A DNA stretch of 64,000 nucleotides from contig JBHGNT010000003.1 in assembly GCA_043228905.1 (NCBI GenBank), positions 21,452,001-21,516,000 on the forward strand, written 5' to 3'. Position 1 is the first letter of the stretch; each line of letters begins with the position of its first letter. The position numbers and the translations under genes were made by a program. A model generated the notes under the pieces. The model searched no databases and was not told where the DNA came from. It worked only from the letters and a program-made list of their open reading frames with translations. The DNA is from Azolla caroliniana (lineage: Eukaryota; Plantae; Polypodiophyta). Of this stretch, positions 13,616-28,420 are shown piece by piece.

Positions 13616-16600
13616 TTAGGTGGTAGAGCCTAGGTACGGTTTAAGGCGAAACCCATTCACCTTTTGCCGTACTACTTCCCCAGCCAGCGTACCTAGTTGG
13701 AACGTGCCTTGTTCCGCTCCAATTATCCAGTATGGGCCGGTCCAACGGAATCGTAACTTCCCTAGCATATGGCCCATGCAGGTTTGGAAAACCAGCACTG
13801 CTCAACCGACGGCGAACTCCTTTTCCCTTGCGTTCCGATGTCGATCCACAAACGCTTTACGCCGTCGTTGTTCTTGCTCCAACACAACCATGTTGTGTAC
13901 GCATTTTTCCCCGAGTTCAAGTAGCTGGTGGAGATGTACCTCCTCCGACTTGTTAGGAAATAGGTCCCTCCAGATGGGAAGTGAGAAGATCAGTACTGAT
14001 GAGCAAACTCGGCCAAGGCCGAAACGAGATGTGGAGTACCCGGCTACGGAAGACCCGGTGAGAACCGGATGACAAGTACCCGGCAAGCGCCGGATGATGC
14101 AGGCCCGATGAGGAGTGCTCACCGGATGAAGGGACATATTCATAAATATGTTTCTGAGAGTCCATCGGGGCTATATTTGTAAATAGCCGAAAAGTCATAT
14201 TAGTATAAATATGACTTAGGGCAAACTTAGTAGAGTAATTGTCATTCTTGTTGGCGCAAGATTAGAGCGCGTAACTGTGTACAGAGAGAGTGAGAGAGAG
14301 GAAGAGGCCGTTGCCTCTGTTGTAACCGCCGCCTGTGGCGAAGATAGAAAGCTCGAGGTCGTTGCTTCGGTGCTTTACGATTTGTACATTCTGACATAGT
14401 GATAGTTTGTAGTCTGTGGGTTGTCGTGGTTTTTTCCCTAGTTTGGGTTTTTCCACGTTAACATCCTATGTTCTCTTCTCTCCATTGTGTCATGCATTCA
14501 TTCCCGTTTTTCTATGTTTTGATTCTAAGCTGGGTTGTGGCCGAGCGTTGTTCATCGGGAGCGTGTGTTCCTGTCACGACTTGGCTTCCGATAGTCGGTC
14601 CCGTACCTAAATCCGCAAACTGGGTACCTAAAATTCAACCGGCATCAAAGCCTCCAGCCCAAACGCTAGTCGAAACAGTGTTGACTGTATGCTTGTTTTG
14701 TAGCTGGTTTTGTACGCCCATAACGCACTCTGTAATTTGGTATCCCAGTCCGTTCTATTTTCATTGACGATTTTCTTCAAGATGGTCTGCAACGTCTTGT
14801 TGGTGGATTCCGCTAACCCATTCGCATGTGGATAATATGGTATACTCTTCTTATGGACTACGGCATAATGATGTGTTAGTTCCCGAACCACCGTATTGAG
14901 AAAGTGACTCCCTTGGTCACTGATGAGCTCAATCGGACAGCCGAACCGGCACCAGATGTGCTCGTAAAGGAATCTAGTTGTGACGGTCGCCGTATTTTCA
15001 CGTAGTGCCTTTGCTTCTACCCACTTGGTGCAATAATTCGTAGCTACCAATATGTATTTATTGCCCGTACAGGCTGCCGCCGGTGTGAAGGGGCCCACAA
15101 AATCCAATCCCCACTTTTGGAAGGGGTCTAGCGGTCATACGGGCTGGTGTGGCATCCTTGCGCCCTCCGTGGGTTGGCCCATCCGTTGACACAAATCACA
15201 CTTTCTACAATACTCGGATGCGTCCTTCTACGTTGTTGGCCACCATAAGCCCGCCTGCCATACTTTCCAGGCTGTAACATCACCCGCGTAATGGCCGCCT
15301 GTCATGCCGTAGTGCGCCTCCCGTAAAACTGCTTCTTTCTCATCCTAGCCTACCCCACGTCACCAAATTTCGTCACTTCCTTTGTGATATAAAACTACTT
15401 CTACTAGGCAGAAGTTACGGCTTCAAACGGCTAGTCGTTTCTTCTCGTCCGTGCGTAATTGTGGTGGAGGCAGTCCTGTAGTTAAAAAGTACGTCATTTC
15501 CATAAGCCACCGGTCCGGAAAGGTCGATTCCGTTCTTTCAGCTAGTGCTACTACCCCTAGGATGTCGGCGTTCGGAAAATCGTCGTCATCTTTCTGTACT
15601 ATTTCTCCATTCTTGAGTCTGCTCAAAAAATCTGCCACTGCGTTTTGCGTCCCTGGTTAGTGCTGGATTACGAAATCGAATTCTTGGAGCAGCAGCATCC
15701 ACCGCGCCAATTTCCCTATCACGGCTTGTTTCTTCACCAAATACAACAGCACCGAATGATCTACATGGAACGTGAATTTCCTCCCTAGTAAATAATGCCG
15801 GAATTTATTGATGTTATAGATCATCCCTAGCGCCTCCAACTCCGTTGTGGAATAGTTACGCTCTGTTGTTGATAATTTGCGACTAGCGTAGTATACTGGC
15901 CGATACCAACTTGGTTCTGTAAGCTGCATTAGTGCACTTCCTATTGCTATGTCCGAGGTGTCGACGAACTCGTGGAGTGGCTTCGCCCAAACTGGTGGTT
16001 GTACGACGGGAGCCTATGTGAGCATTATCTTAAGTGCCTCATAGGCCTTATCCTCCGTTGCGGTCCATTGGAAGGGAGTCTGATGTACGGCAGCATGTAA
16101 CGGCGTGGCGAAGTCCGCCAAATACCGTATCATCCGACTATGCCACCGTATTTGTCTCAAAAACCAGCTGAGTGATTTGGATTTTGTCGGAGTGTTGGCT
16201 TGCGTAATCGCGGAGATTTTGTTCGGGTCAACCGCTATTCCCTCCTTGCTGACTATATGGCCCAAGAGAGTCCCGCTGGTCACGCCAAAAGCACATTTTG
16301 CGGGATTCAGGCTTAAGCGTGCGGTGCGGCAATGTTTCAGGCACAGTTGTAAGTGCGAAAAATGGTCTATTGTTCTCCCATATACCGCAAAGTCGTCTAA
16401 AGAAACTTGCATGAACGTCGGAATGTATTCCCCAAAGATCTCTGTAATTGTCCGTTGAAATGTTGTCGGCGCCGTCTTTAGCCCGAACATCATGACGACT
16501 GCCACATAGACTCCCCAGTCCGTGACAAATGTTGTCTTTTCTTGGTCCTCGGGATGCATGCGTACCTGGTTATACCCACTGAAGCCATCTAAAAAACTGT

Positions 16601-19600
16601 ACATCTCATTTCCTGCGACGGCGTCCAGTACGCTATCAGTGAAGGGTAAAGGGAATGCGTCCGTAATGGTTACGGCATTTAATTTTTGGTAATCTACGCA
16701 TACCCGTATTTTGCCGTTTTTCTTTGGAACGACCACTATCGGGCTTAACCATGTGGCTTGTTTAATTGGCCGTATGAACCCCGCCTTCAGGAGTTTGTCA
16801 ATTTCTTCTTTTACGCGGGTCGCGTAGTTCGGGTTCATGCAGTAGCGGCGTTGCTGGACAGGTTTTGCGTCGGTTGCTAAATTGATCTTACGTTGATAGA
16901 ACTTGGGATCTAACCCCTTCATGTCCTCGTGAGCCCAAGCGAACACATCTTTATATTTCATGAGTAATGTGATCATCGTGTTTCTCTGGTCCGGCCTTAA
17001 TTCCTTTGCGATGGAGAGGAAACGGGGTTCCGACTCCGTACCCACATTTACTTCTTCCAGGGCGGAGGCGGTGACTCGTCGTGAAATTTCCATTTCCCTT
17101 TCGAATGCCACCTGTGCTCTGCTGAGTTCCAATATGGACTTCGGGTTTGGTTCGTAAGGCTTGTCGTGGAGAATAGTGGTCGTGGCATATTTTGTCGCGG
17201 TTGCGATGACGTCGATTTCGAACAGCGGAATGATCCGAGGGTGCTCATCTAGGTATGCCTCTAATTCTGCATCCATCACCCCAGCCAGCATATTTATATC
17301 TTCTGCGTATAATGGTGGTATACCTTTGGGTTGTGGCGTGCTTCCTTCCATAGGTATGTGAACCTTAGTGCGTCCGTGTCGGAAACTGATACACTTGTGT
17401 TGCCAGCTCTGCTTGATATTTGCTACCCGAAGCCATGGTCTGCCCAGAAGCACTGGGTACGCCCTTGGGGCGTCCAAGGTGAGGATGACCACCGAGATGT
17501 CGAAGCGATGTCCACCCACGATAATGCCTATCTTGCGAATTAACCCCAATGGTCGAACTGAGCGGGTATCTGCCATTCGGAGCCAGAATGGGCAAGCCTC
17601 CCATTCTGAAATGCCTAATTGCTCGCAAGTTTTCGCACTAATTACATTGACACCTAAGCCGCCATCGATTACGCATCCAGGAATTTCCTGTCCGTGTAAT
17701 ATTAATATAATAGCCGGGTTGTGGTGATCCACTACAAGCGGGCCGTCGCTAACGTCTGTAAGGTTTGTAGCGACGTTCACCTCGGGTATGCCCGTCACCC
17801 GTTCTTCCATGGTCTAGCGGAAGCGTGGGACTAGCTGCAGCAGGTTCTCCATGGTTAACGTTATCTCGCAGCCCATTAATGCCTGCCAAATGGGGTCCGG
17901 GACCGGTCCTTCGTCCTCCGCTCGCTCCCTCGTATTCGCAGACTCCTTCCGCATGCGCTCTGTATTGTTCGCGTTTGCTTTTTCCACCCATGCCTGGGCT
18001 TGTCGTCGTATCTCATCTTGCACAGCCCAATCAGCCGTTTTTGTTTGTTGGCGTGTCGTGACTTGCTGCACTTCTGCCATAATCGTATTGACGGCGGGCC
18101 CCTTGCCCTTGCGTGTTGGGCATTGCGTGGCATAATGTCCAGGCTGCTAATAAATAAAATAATGGATGCTTGATTCACCCTTCTCGGCTCCTGGTGGTGT
18201 GTGCCGATCCCCTGGTGCGACCTGCTCCTCCCGGCCCGGCCTTGTTTGTCGGAACGCACGCGGTGATTGTTGTTGGTCCCGTCGTGGTTCTTGGTGTCGC
18301 TCATCTCCCGAGCTTTCATCGTAATGCCGGTGATCTCGATATTGCCGCGGCTTCCCATGATAACCATTGAAACCGCCACGTTTGTTTGTCGGCCGGAGAT
18401 TCTCATAGCGTTGGCCCCCTTTAGCATAACTCGGATGTCCACGATAATTCTCATCCTCTGGTTCGTCTTCCTTGGAATCGTTGTGATTTCGGCGATTCCA
18501 GTGGTGCTCGTCGTCCCGTGGGTTGCGATCCATATACCGTGGTTGGTCTTGTTGCCTCCTTTGTTCATTACGACGTGGGGGACGCTGTGTGTCCATGCTA
18601 CGGACTGTGGGAGCGGCTCTGTTCAACATATTGTATTTGCATTGTTCGACTGTGTGAGCCTTCAAGTGGCAGATTGGACAGTGGATTCGCATGTTGCACT
18701 CCACTGCGGAATGCTCCAAGTTCAAGCAAATCGTGCACTGGATTGCTTGACGAAACTGGCGTTCCTTGTCCTGGGGTAACGCTTGTCGTAAGGAGGACAT
18801 AGAAAACCTTTCCTCCTCCTCGTCCAACTCGAGTTGTAACGCTCGTTCAATGACCATATCCGTCGTTTCCCCTTTCACGCTATTGTTGTTGAGCGTTGCC
18901 CGGATGGGTCGGCGTAATGCTGCCAGAAATGTCTCTCGAGCCTCGTCCTCCGCGGGGCTCCGTTCTAGTTTCCGCCGTAAATTTTGGAAACGTAAGCTGA
19001 AGTCTGCGATCGTCTCGGTTGGCAGTTGCTTAATCATGTAGAACTGTCCGAGGATTTCGCATTGTGGAACCCTCCGATGGAAGAACCGCAAGAAAGAGGA
19101 TTGCACTTGATCGAAGGTTGTGATTGTTGGTAAATCCATCTATGAATGCCAAAACGCCACTCGCCCATCCAATGTTAACCCGAACTCCGTCATTTTCGAC
19201 TGGTGCGCTACCGCCTCTGAAAGGCTCTGCGCCATGTGGTTCGCATTCCAAACATTAAGGAACATGCGAATATGGGTTGCGGCGTCGGTTTCGTCGTTAA
19301 AGCGGGGATAGGCAAAGGTCATGTTGGGGGCTACGGCGGGTCGGGAAAGACCACAGGGTGGTTGTGGTGAGTGTGCTCCCCACGTATCGTCGAGGTGTTT
19401 GGAGAGCGAAGAATCACCTTTGTAATCCCGGCAGGTAGTACTGAGGTCGCTGAGACGAGGCTTCTGCCGTGCACGTTCCTTTGCCTGGCGTGTGACGAAC
19501 CTTGTGATTGGTCGGTCTTGTCGTGTTGGTTCTCTGGGGCGTCTGCGGCTAAACATCCATTCGTCGTTGCTCGTCTGTGAGAAGACACAGCTCACCAAGC

Positions 19601-19607
19601 GTGCCAA
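13616..19607 (-). pseudogene. gypsy gag-pol, fragmented
   Basis: gag 18147-19607 (CCHC-like motifs); PR-RT 16014-17810; RH 15423-16013; INT 14628-15420 continuing 13616-13950 (WTGPY motif). Confidence 0.93.
13951..14576 (+). mobile_element. solo LTR (626 bp, copia family of 55068) inserted in the gypsy integrase
   Basis: TGTTAG...CTGTCA with perfect TSD CGACT; removing it restores EF*VPSLRI*VRDRLSEAKSEEV; 5' end resembles LTR at 55068. Confidence 0.9.
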
Positions 19608-21240
19608 AAGTGTTACCGATTAGGAACACGGTCTGCGGTCAGTCCTTCGACCTAGACCTCCAAGTGATTGTGAAACAACGAATGGTGGCGTCTATGCGTA
19701 ATGCGTAGGGGAATGTTCCTCGTAACCTATCAACGTATAAGGGAGATGGCTACAACCGACTCCTTATCAGTGGTTACACTCACGTTCTTACACGCTCAGG
19801 TATTCTAGACACACAGTAGATTAGCCGTAGCTATACACAGACTTTCAGAGAAGATAGAATTCTACTATGATACGCTTCTTTACATTCAAAAAATACACGC
19901 TCCCTCTATCAGAAGTTTTCTGCCCTTTATATATGTAGGGTCTATTTAGCCGTTCACGCTTCCTGCGTGAACCATTACATGCATTATGATCTTATATTAT
20001 TTCCTATTCCTACGCTCTTGTCCGTCGGTTACTATTCCGACGGACAACACACCCACCTCTTTGGAGCCAATGATTCATCTTCCTAGCTTAGTATTGTACT
20101 CAAAAAATAAATTCAAGTTGTTTGTTCTTGGTGTTTGCCACCATACCTCCAATGGATCCCACTCCAAATCATATACGGGCTTGTTGTCGAAAAACCATAT
20201 TTTACAATCCTGATCAAGTGTTTTAGGGTTTGGGTTCAATTGCCACCTCCTACCCTTCAACACTGCCACCCGCACTACAAACCACCTGCGATCATTTGTC
20301 AAAGAACTGAGGTTACCCCACAAACACACCTCGTTAGTTGAGCACCTACCACGGATATGTTGTGCATGACCCTCACCTACAAACCAGCCTGACCCTCTTG
20401 CCTCTTCATGTTGAAGACCTCCCAATCGTGTACCGACCTAATCTTGTACCCTAGGATCCTCCCCCAAGACAAGTACTTTTCTGTCCAAGCATCATACCGT
20501 CTTCACTTCTAATCCTAGGGTTCCAAAATAACGGTTGTCGTAGCTGTTCATACAACATTTTTTGTTGCATCAAGACTAACCCTTCTCTTAAACTTGACCA
20601 TGCCTTCATTATGGCAAGAACCACTCTATCCTCCGTGTTAGCCGGTTCTTTCAACTTTAGAGTTGAATTGAACAACAACCATTCATGGGACACCAAAGGT
20701 CAGCTCTGTTCCTAAGGAGCACCTTCCACAATTCTGGTCCGGGTTGCAAACTTTGCACCGGAAGCTTACCAAGTAGAGCCTTAGTTTGATGAACCGGATC
20801 CACCAGCCCAAGTCCTCCCTGATTCTTCGCCTTAATTAAATAACCCCACGCCACTTTAGCTGACACCATCTCATTGTCTCTACCCGACCAAAGGAACCCT
20901 CTCACCATTGCCTTAATATTTTTTATGCAGGTTGTGTCTAACATCCAACATACCACTAAGTACCACATGGTGGCCAGAAACATATGGTTCACCACAACCA
21001 CCCTACCAACAAGGGAAGGCTTTACTAATGCCCACAACAGAAGCTTTTTTCTAATTTTGTGTTTCACTTGCTCGAGCTGCTGATATTTAGGTGTCTCAAC
21101 TCCCACCAAAAAGCCCAAATACTTACATCCATTCCATTGAGGACCCATTGAAAATCAACATTAGGACACTAGAGCGATCGTGGGTTTGAACTTACCTAGA
21201 ATCCTCTACTTTTGTTCTAGTTAATTTCCCCCCTTGACGC

Positions 21241-21684
21241 TAACAATCGGCAACGGTTCGGTTCGAGAGGGCCCAAACCGAACCGTTTAAATTTTTTGAA
21301 ACCTGAACCGAACCGTGAAACCGTAAAACCGATCCGTTAAACATTTTTCAAATCGTTAAACCATTAAACCGTAAAAACCGCAGTTTCGTGGTTCGGTTTC
21401 GGTTTTCAACATAGGTCTAATTTTTAATTTTTTAAAATTTATAATATTTCAGTTTTTTGAATTTTTAAGATGTTCCTAAAATGTGAGAATAAGGTGTAAA
21501 AATGAAAAGATTGTTTTAAAACAATTTTTAAAATTTTTTTAATAAAAATTAAAAATCGTTAAACCGTTTAAACTGCAGTTTTTTACTGTTAAAACCAAAC
21601 CAAAACCGTTGAAACCGTTAAGCCATTAAGCCGTTAAACCGCGGTTTCGCAGTTCGGTTCAAACCGAACCGTTGCCGATTGTTA
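21241..21684. mobile_element. hAT-type MITE
   Basis: TIR TAACAATCGGCAACGGTTCGGTT / AACCGAACCGTTGCCGATTGTTA; 8-bp TSD CTTGACGC/CCTGACGC; many AACCG subterminal repeats. Confidence 0.9.
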
Positions 21685-23839
21685 CCTGACGCTTTGCAAA
21701 ATAACTCAATCCGTCCTTCAGCCTTCTAGAAATTAGCATCATTGCCTTGCAAGTAAAGCATAGTGTCATCTGCATACTCAGTGTCCAGCAAATCCTTGCT
21801 CGCATGTGGAACAACTAAACCCCTTATTCCCACATCTGATCTGTTCAAAAAGAAAGAGAATGCCTCTATATTAAATAAAAAAAGGTAGGGGGCCAGCGGG
21901 CACCCCTGCCTAATAGACCTGCATTATTAAACTCTTTTAGTTCATGGACTTTCATTAGAATGTAATATTCGAGAACTTTCATTTGATATGCCAATCTGGA
22001 TTATTATTGTGAATCAACTACTTTACATTGCAAAGATTCTCTATGCCAAGGAATCTTTATGAGGATGTATTTGTACAAAATATTTTTGCCTTCAAAAACT
22101 TTCTAAGGAACAATTTAGGCCCAAACTTTCCCTATTGAAAAGGAAAAAGTATCAAACTTTATGAAGTACATACATATTTTTTATCAAATATTAAAATGGT
22201 ATAAGCATTGTTGAATTAGAGAATGCGTACATACATGCATATATGATACACGTGATACATATGCACATACATACATCCATAAGTTTTGATATATTTTTTA
22301 GGTAAACATGGAGCCTTCTTACAATTTACTTAATACTAACTAGTAACAACCATTTCAACATTCCTCTTTGGGACAAGAAATGTAATGAGGGGTTGGGCTT
22401 TTGAATAAGGGATTTAAAGAGGCAAAGGAGCTCCTACACTCTCTCAAGTTTGAGGAGCTACAAAAATGTGTAAGCCAATTTTAAATAAGCATATTTTACC
22501 ACAACACCTATAGACACATCATCAATACAAATAGGTGTTGTGATGCTAATGATTTGGCTATAGGTGTTGTGGTTCTACAACCAATTGTTGAAGAGCAAGC
22601 ACCTATAGACACATCATCAATACAAATATTGTACCTGCACATCCACCAACATTATCACTAACAACACCTATATGCGCAATTGGTACCTCGTAAGACCCAA
22701 CACTTTCAAACACACAATCTTGCTCTACCATGAGCCACAATCTGGAAAATCTAAGTAGATGCATTATTTATCACAATCTTTGCTTGCATAGGTTCTTAGT
22801 TTTAATTGCTAATAGTATTTACATGTTTAATGAAAAAAACACTCAAGTGAATGATTCCACCATATCAATTCAAGAGGATGACGATGGTAAAACGTTTGTA
22901 TTTCCCTACTTTAGTTATATTCTAGACAACATTTACTATAATTTCATGATTTTTCTTGTTCTCAGCTTTGGGTTGGATGTACCACAGGTGTCCCCGAAGT
23001 TGTAACCAACTAACTTTTGGCATGGCCTCAAACCTTCCATGTGGATCAACCAACATGGAGCTAGATCAACCTCAAATTGATATACTATCGACTTCTACAT
23101 AAACATTGGTTGGTTCTATCAAAATCCAATGTGAGAATGACAAGAAACTTGGCATGATTCATTAAGGAAATAGGATGATGCTTAAAAAGATGTTAAATGA
23201 CCTCGTAGAGTTATATCTCTCTCGAATAGAGACCTATTTGGAAGAAAGTATACATGTTTGAGATATGTCATGAATGTTATAACTTATAAATTATAATATT
23301 AGGCCTAAAATCACTAGATCCTTGTTTAATCATGTAGGGGTCAAGAAGTTCGTCATCTAGTGTCTACAAAAAGAGCTTGGAACTTATTGGTAAATGAACA
23401 CAATTATAAAGGAAATTACATGTCTCTTTGACACAAGCATGATCAAACTACGACTCACTAGGTATGATCCATGTGCTCTCTCATTATAATTAACGTGTAG
23501 ATACTTAATAGTTAGTTTATTAATAATATACCATTTAGTGACTAATATATAAATGAATCTTTGGGGAATCGAGTCCTTAAAAGCATTATGTTGTTGCTTT
23601 CATCGAAAGACCCCCATTCCCACCCTCCAAATGTTAGTATAGCCAAATATTATAATGTAACATTTTGAATTTGAAATACAAGTGCAGGAATTACCTCTCT
23701 TTTTTTCAAAACAAAATATCTTTCCATTAGTTTTAAAAAAGGCACATAAGTTACAACACTATACATTCCATAGATATTGTGCAACTATTGAATCCAATGT
23801 ATCTCACAACTCCTCCATCCATCACAAAATCTAATTTCA

Positions 23840-23935
23840 TTTTAGTATGTACAACCAATTCTCCCATGTTGCCACATGCTTTCAACATACTAGAAAATGT
23901 CATCATATTAGCATATAGTGTGCCTTTTTTTAATA
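23840..23935 (-). pseudogene. possible PPR (PLS-class) gene fragment
   Basis: Translates GTLYANMMTFSSMLKACGNMGEL, resembling the G..PN..TF..LKAC...G.L PPR consensus; surroundings heavily decayed. Confidence 0.45.
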
Positions 23936-26900
23936 TGTTGATAGAGATAGCAATTTCATCGTTGTCCTTGATTAACTCTTGCCATTCTAGCTCTGTAATT
24001 TCAAGCAAGATTTGTAATTCTATGTCCTCGTATCATCTAGGTCAAACATTGAGTCATATGTCTCATACAATTTAGAGGTGAGAATTACATCTCTCTGTTC
24101 TCATCATTATTCCCTCATTGTGCTTCATTTAGTGTGACCACCACGATGATGACGTGTTCATTTGTGTTGTTACCAAGTTTAGGGTTTGAATTGATCAAAC
24201 TTGGGTCAAACATCCTTCTTCCCTACAAGTTGATATTCAAAATGTACCACTATGAACTCTCTACCATGATAGGATTCTTATAGAAGAAGTTGGCTTACTC
24301 ACATTGGAACAACAAAATGTAGAGTCCACAAACCAAAAACCTAAAGGTTCACAATGCCCTTCGAGATTTGCCACCTCGTTACACATTGGGTTATGTTTTT
24401 GCTTGGGCATTGGCCTATTGGGAGTTCATGTCAAACTTCTCAAGAGGCTCCTAGCTCGGTAAAATGTAGTAGAGATCGAGTTTGTAATAATGAAACTATG
24501 CAATAATGAGATGTCAATAGAGTTTAATTACTTTTTTAAGGAAGATATAAGGAAAGTATTGTGCATCTCCCACAAAATGACCCCTCACTTTTATTTGTCT
24601 TCCTCCCATAAGTCATCCCCAACCCTCCCCCTTGGAAATAATTTGGATTAATAAAAGTTAGAGATTGATACGATACCTGGTCATAACCAATATATATGGA
24701 GCAAATTTAGATCAGATTGGGGCCTGTAATACCTTAAATAATGTGCAATATATCAATAAACAATTTATGTAATGGCCATTATATCCTAAAGCACTTTGCT
24801 TGGGTAGAATGCATCGTCTCATAAGTCACAAAATACAAAGAGAAGATATTATCCATATTGACTTTCCCTTAGCTACAATTGTTGTATCTATATACATTCC
24901 AAGTTGCACCAACTCCACCTCCTACAAGTGCTTTCATGAAAGGCTAATCAACACCAGTTTGATACACAACTTCCTGGGCAATTTAACATAACCCTTGCAC
25001 CAATTTTTCATTAAGTAGATATCTCTATTAGTGCTCCTCTAGAACATGCACATTATGGAAAATGTATCTCGAGATAAAGAAGAAGATATCAAAGTATAAT
25101 CTTGTACTAATAATTCAAGACACTTGAGAAAGACAAAAGGGTGAGTTTTCTCCAATTGAACATGTGAGGTTACATGCAATGTTTAGGCATGCATACTTGC
25201 AAAATTAGAGGTGCAATGCTCACTAAAGATGGAACAATTACTTTGTCCATGATTATGTGGTTACAATGAGCTCAGAAACATGTTTGGGATGCAACTTGCA
25301 TATTTGGATAAGTTCTACATCCAAAATGAATATTTGAATGGGCTTGCATTCCTGGAGGATGAGACATTACACAAGTGATGCGTGAATCATACAAGGTCAA
25401 CCCATATGCTACTCATGTAACATGGTATGATGAATGTTAATAATTTGTACTATGATACAATGTTATCGGCTCTCAATTCATTCTTCGTTGGCATTCTCTA
25501 GTTTGTGCAAAATGGGCAAATGAGGTCATAGGCAAGGGTTGACAGAAGAAGCACTTGAGGTGGATTGCTCATAATGTCTTGCCCTCCTTCTAGAAAGGAT
25601 GTTAAGAGTAGGAACATCCTCGTATAGTATAAGGTAATCTAATCCTTGGAATACATTCAACTATTTGATTGAGGGTTTAGGGATCATGGCATATATTGGA
25701 CTATGAAAATCAAGTAACCACTCAAGACATAATTCAGATGAATTCTTCGTATTCAGGTAGTACCTTAGGAAATCCTTGAATGATTGTCTCCGACTCCGTG
25801 ATATTTCCCTTACATTAGTATTTTTGTGCATTTTTATCTCCACTTGAGGTTCCCACAAGTAACATCAAGCATTCCAATATTCATATACTATTTTTGCAAC
25901 TCATATCCTTATTTGAATAAGTGTTAATCTTGACTAGTTAATATGATTCCCTAATATAAACAATTAAAAAACAATTCCCTTAAATGTCTCAAAAAACATA
26001 TTAGAGAATCAATAACATCTACCTATCTATCTATATAGACATAAGGTTAGGGGGCAGAGGGACAACACAATAGATAGATTATTATCTTCCACAAGAATAT
26101 GATCTATGGGATGGGGGTGAAGCCCACAATGAGGATCATTTTGGATGCTTAGATGTAAATCTCCAAGCCAATCAAATAAAAGAGAAAATCATTTGGGATG
26201 CATATGTATATGCATATATAAGATCTATATGATCTTGTAATATCTTTGGCCTATGAGGATCTTCAATTTATTCCAATTTGTGACTTTTGGGATTTGCTCT
26301 GTTCCTTTTGGACATGCCACGTGCTTCTTTCCACTTACACATACAAAACAGTTAAAAGAATATAAGACCCAAAATTTTCCCAAGAATAAAACATGAGTTG
26401 TGGCATTCTCAAGTGCTCTTATCACCCAAATTATGCACTTTAGACTAAATAAAGACCACATGGTGCGAAGTTGTTGAATTTCAACACTATTCTTCAAAAT
26501 ATGGTCACAATTGGCACGGTTCTAGTTCTGTAAACTTTCCTACACTTTCACACTGCAAGCATTGGCGAAGGATGACCATAGTTTAAGAATTAGGGAGGTA
26601 GTTAATTGAATCAAAGTTGTTCCATTTGCAAAAGTAACAATATTTCTTTCCCACAACTTCATTAACTAATGCTCTAAATTCACATTTTTAAGTTTTTTGT
26701 TGCATAATGTGAAACAAATCCATTTCCAAAATAGTCCAAAATGCATGCTTCAACATCCATTCTATGCAAGACAAGACTCATGCTCATTATCGCAAGTTCA
26801 ATTTCACAAAATTTGTCACAAACCCTTTCATTGAGCAATTTTTGCATTTAAACAAAAGAACAATAGGGTTTGAACTTTGGAGGATAGAAATCACATAACT

Positions 26901-28282
26901 CTTTAGCTACTCATTTTGTTTTCGAAACATCTTCACACTATTGATATGGTGGAACATTAAGCATCAATGGCACGTGTTTGCAACACTTACATTATCCAAT
27001 TGAAAAGGAGATGATTTTAATTGTTATCACATTTTAACACAATAAGGTTCTCTAAACATAGATACTTAGAGTTGAACTCATTAAGATTTGATAATAGTGT
27101 GGAAGCAAAGTTACAAGATGTCTTAAATTCTTGTTGATCTAAACAAACTATAGAGAGAAATGGATTAAAACATGTCGTTTTACCAAGAGAATTGAATAGG
27201 TTTGGATTCACATTGTCATAAAATCCTTAATACTTGGGAAAATCCAAGGTTTGGAAGTTATTGACCAACACGTGTTACATAAGATTTGATAGATATATTT
27301 TAAATTTAATATAAAGCTATTAAAATGGAGTGGGACACACTCATAATGACTTAAAATACAAATGTATGTATTAATGTGGATGATGTTATGGTAATACATA
27401 TGATATAGTAGATTTAAGAGCATTATTGGAGCCATACTTCAATGATTTAGATATGATAGAAGCATATTATGAGAGGGTATCATATTATTGGAGTGTGTGT
27501 GAAAGGGAGGGAGATGGAACGACTCTAGTTATAAAAAAGGGCACGTATTATATTATTGGAGAGTGAATGAGGTGAAAAGTGTTGTCTTATTATTGAAGGG
27601 AAATTAGGCTCCCGAGGATAACGGGTAATGGTACTAGAATTGGTGTGACATATGGATGAGCATACGAATAGGCACTAGGAGGTGCGCATTCTATGATAGA
27701 GGTGGAGAACAAGTAGTAGTACGCTTGTACTAGCGGGGATGGTTAATGGACGGACACGAGTGGTCATGTTCGATTATTCTAGGATGAGTACAAGAAAGTA
27801 AAGCGAAGGGACCGAATACGCTTGGGACTAGGGCATGAACGGAGTCGGGAGAAGGGGATGAATACACTTTTCGGAAGGGGTGCACCGGAGTAATACGAAG
27901 GAGAGTGTTTACATATATTAAGTAATCAACTATGCTTACAATCGAGAAAGAGCCGAACCGGATTGGTTTCATGCTCATCAAGATATCTATCAACGGGGGC
28001 AAGAAGGGAAGGAAGGGGTGTCGAGGGTTCGATGAATCGTGGTGCGGGAGCACGATGACGACCTGCGAATTGGATACATGGGATTTTTTATTGATACAGG
28101 GGGGGGGGGGGTCCAATATTATGAAGATAATCTATATGTATGTGTATAGTGTGAAATGGTGGTGTTTTAAGTTTGGGAGAGGGAAGGCAGGCAGGGGCTT
28201 TCCTGAAGAATTTTTTGTAAAAGGGTATGGTGTGTAAATATGGAAAACTCAGAAGCTTAATCGACATGGATGTATGAAGCTT

Positions 28283-28284
<2 letters not shown>

Positions 28285-28324
<40 letters not shown>

Positions 28325-28418
28325 GCGATCGAGAGACAGACAGACAGACAGACAGACAGAAGCGGAGATAGAGAAAGAGAGAGCGAGCGATCGATCGATC
28401 GACAGACAGAAGCGGAGA
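28285..28418. repeat. compound (GA)n/(GAGC)n/(GACA)n microsatellite in the NAS 3' UTR
   Basis: direct inspection. Confidence 0.9.
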
Positions 28419-28420
28419 TG

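Larger units (their letters stand above)
10291..20049 (-). mobile_element. Ty3/gypsy LTR retrotransposon (non-chromovirus-like) with extra 3' ORF
   Basis: TSD CACCC (10286-10290 / 20050-20054); 5' LTR 19611-20049; truncated 3' LTR 10291-10464; PBS-like TGGCACGCTTGGTGAG (rc ~19592-19607); gag, PR (VIDGG), RT (LDGFSGYNQ, LDD), RH, INT order. Confidence 0.95.
9600..21920 (-). pseudogene. L1-type LINE ORF2 (RT plus C-terminal zf-RVT), 5'-truncated, split by a gypsy element and a MITE
   Basis: 21693-21920 encodes RQGCPLAPYLF and YADD; 20657-21148 encodes KYLG...GGLGL; 9732-10205 encodes CKLC...HC.W. Pieces rejoin across TSD-bounded insertions 10291-20049 and 21241-21684. Confidence 0.85.

Noticed and set aside
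5429-21920. single LINE comprising both the ORF1 and ORF2 remnants
   Set aside because: On the minus strand the ORF1 piece lies downstream of ORF2, so they are separate copies
24700-27300. extended decayed PPR gene
   Set aside because: Only faint motif hints, not supportable without a profile search
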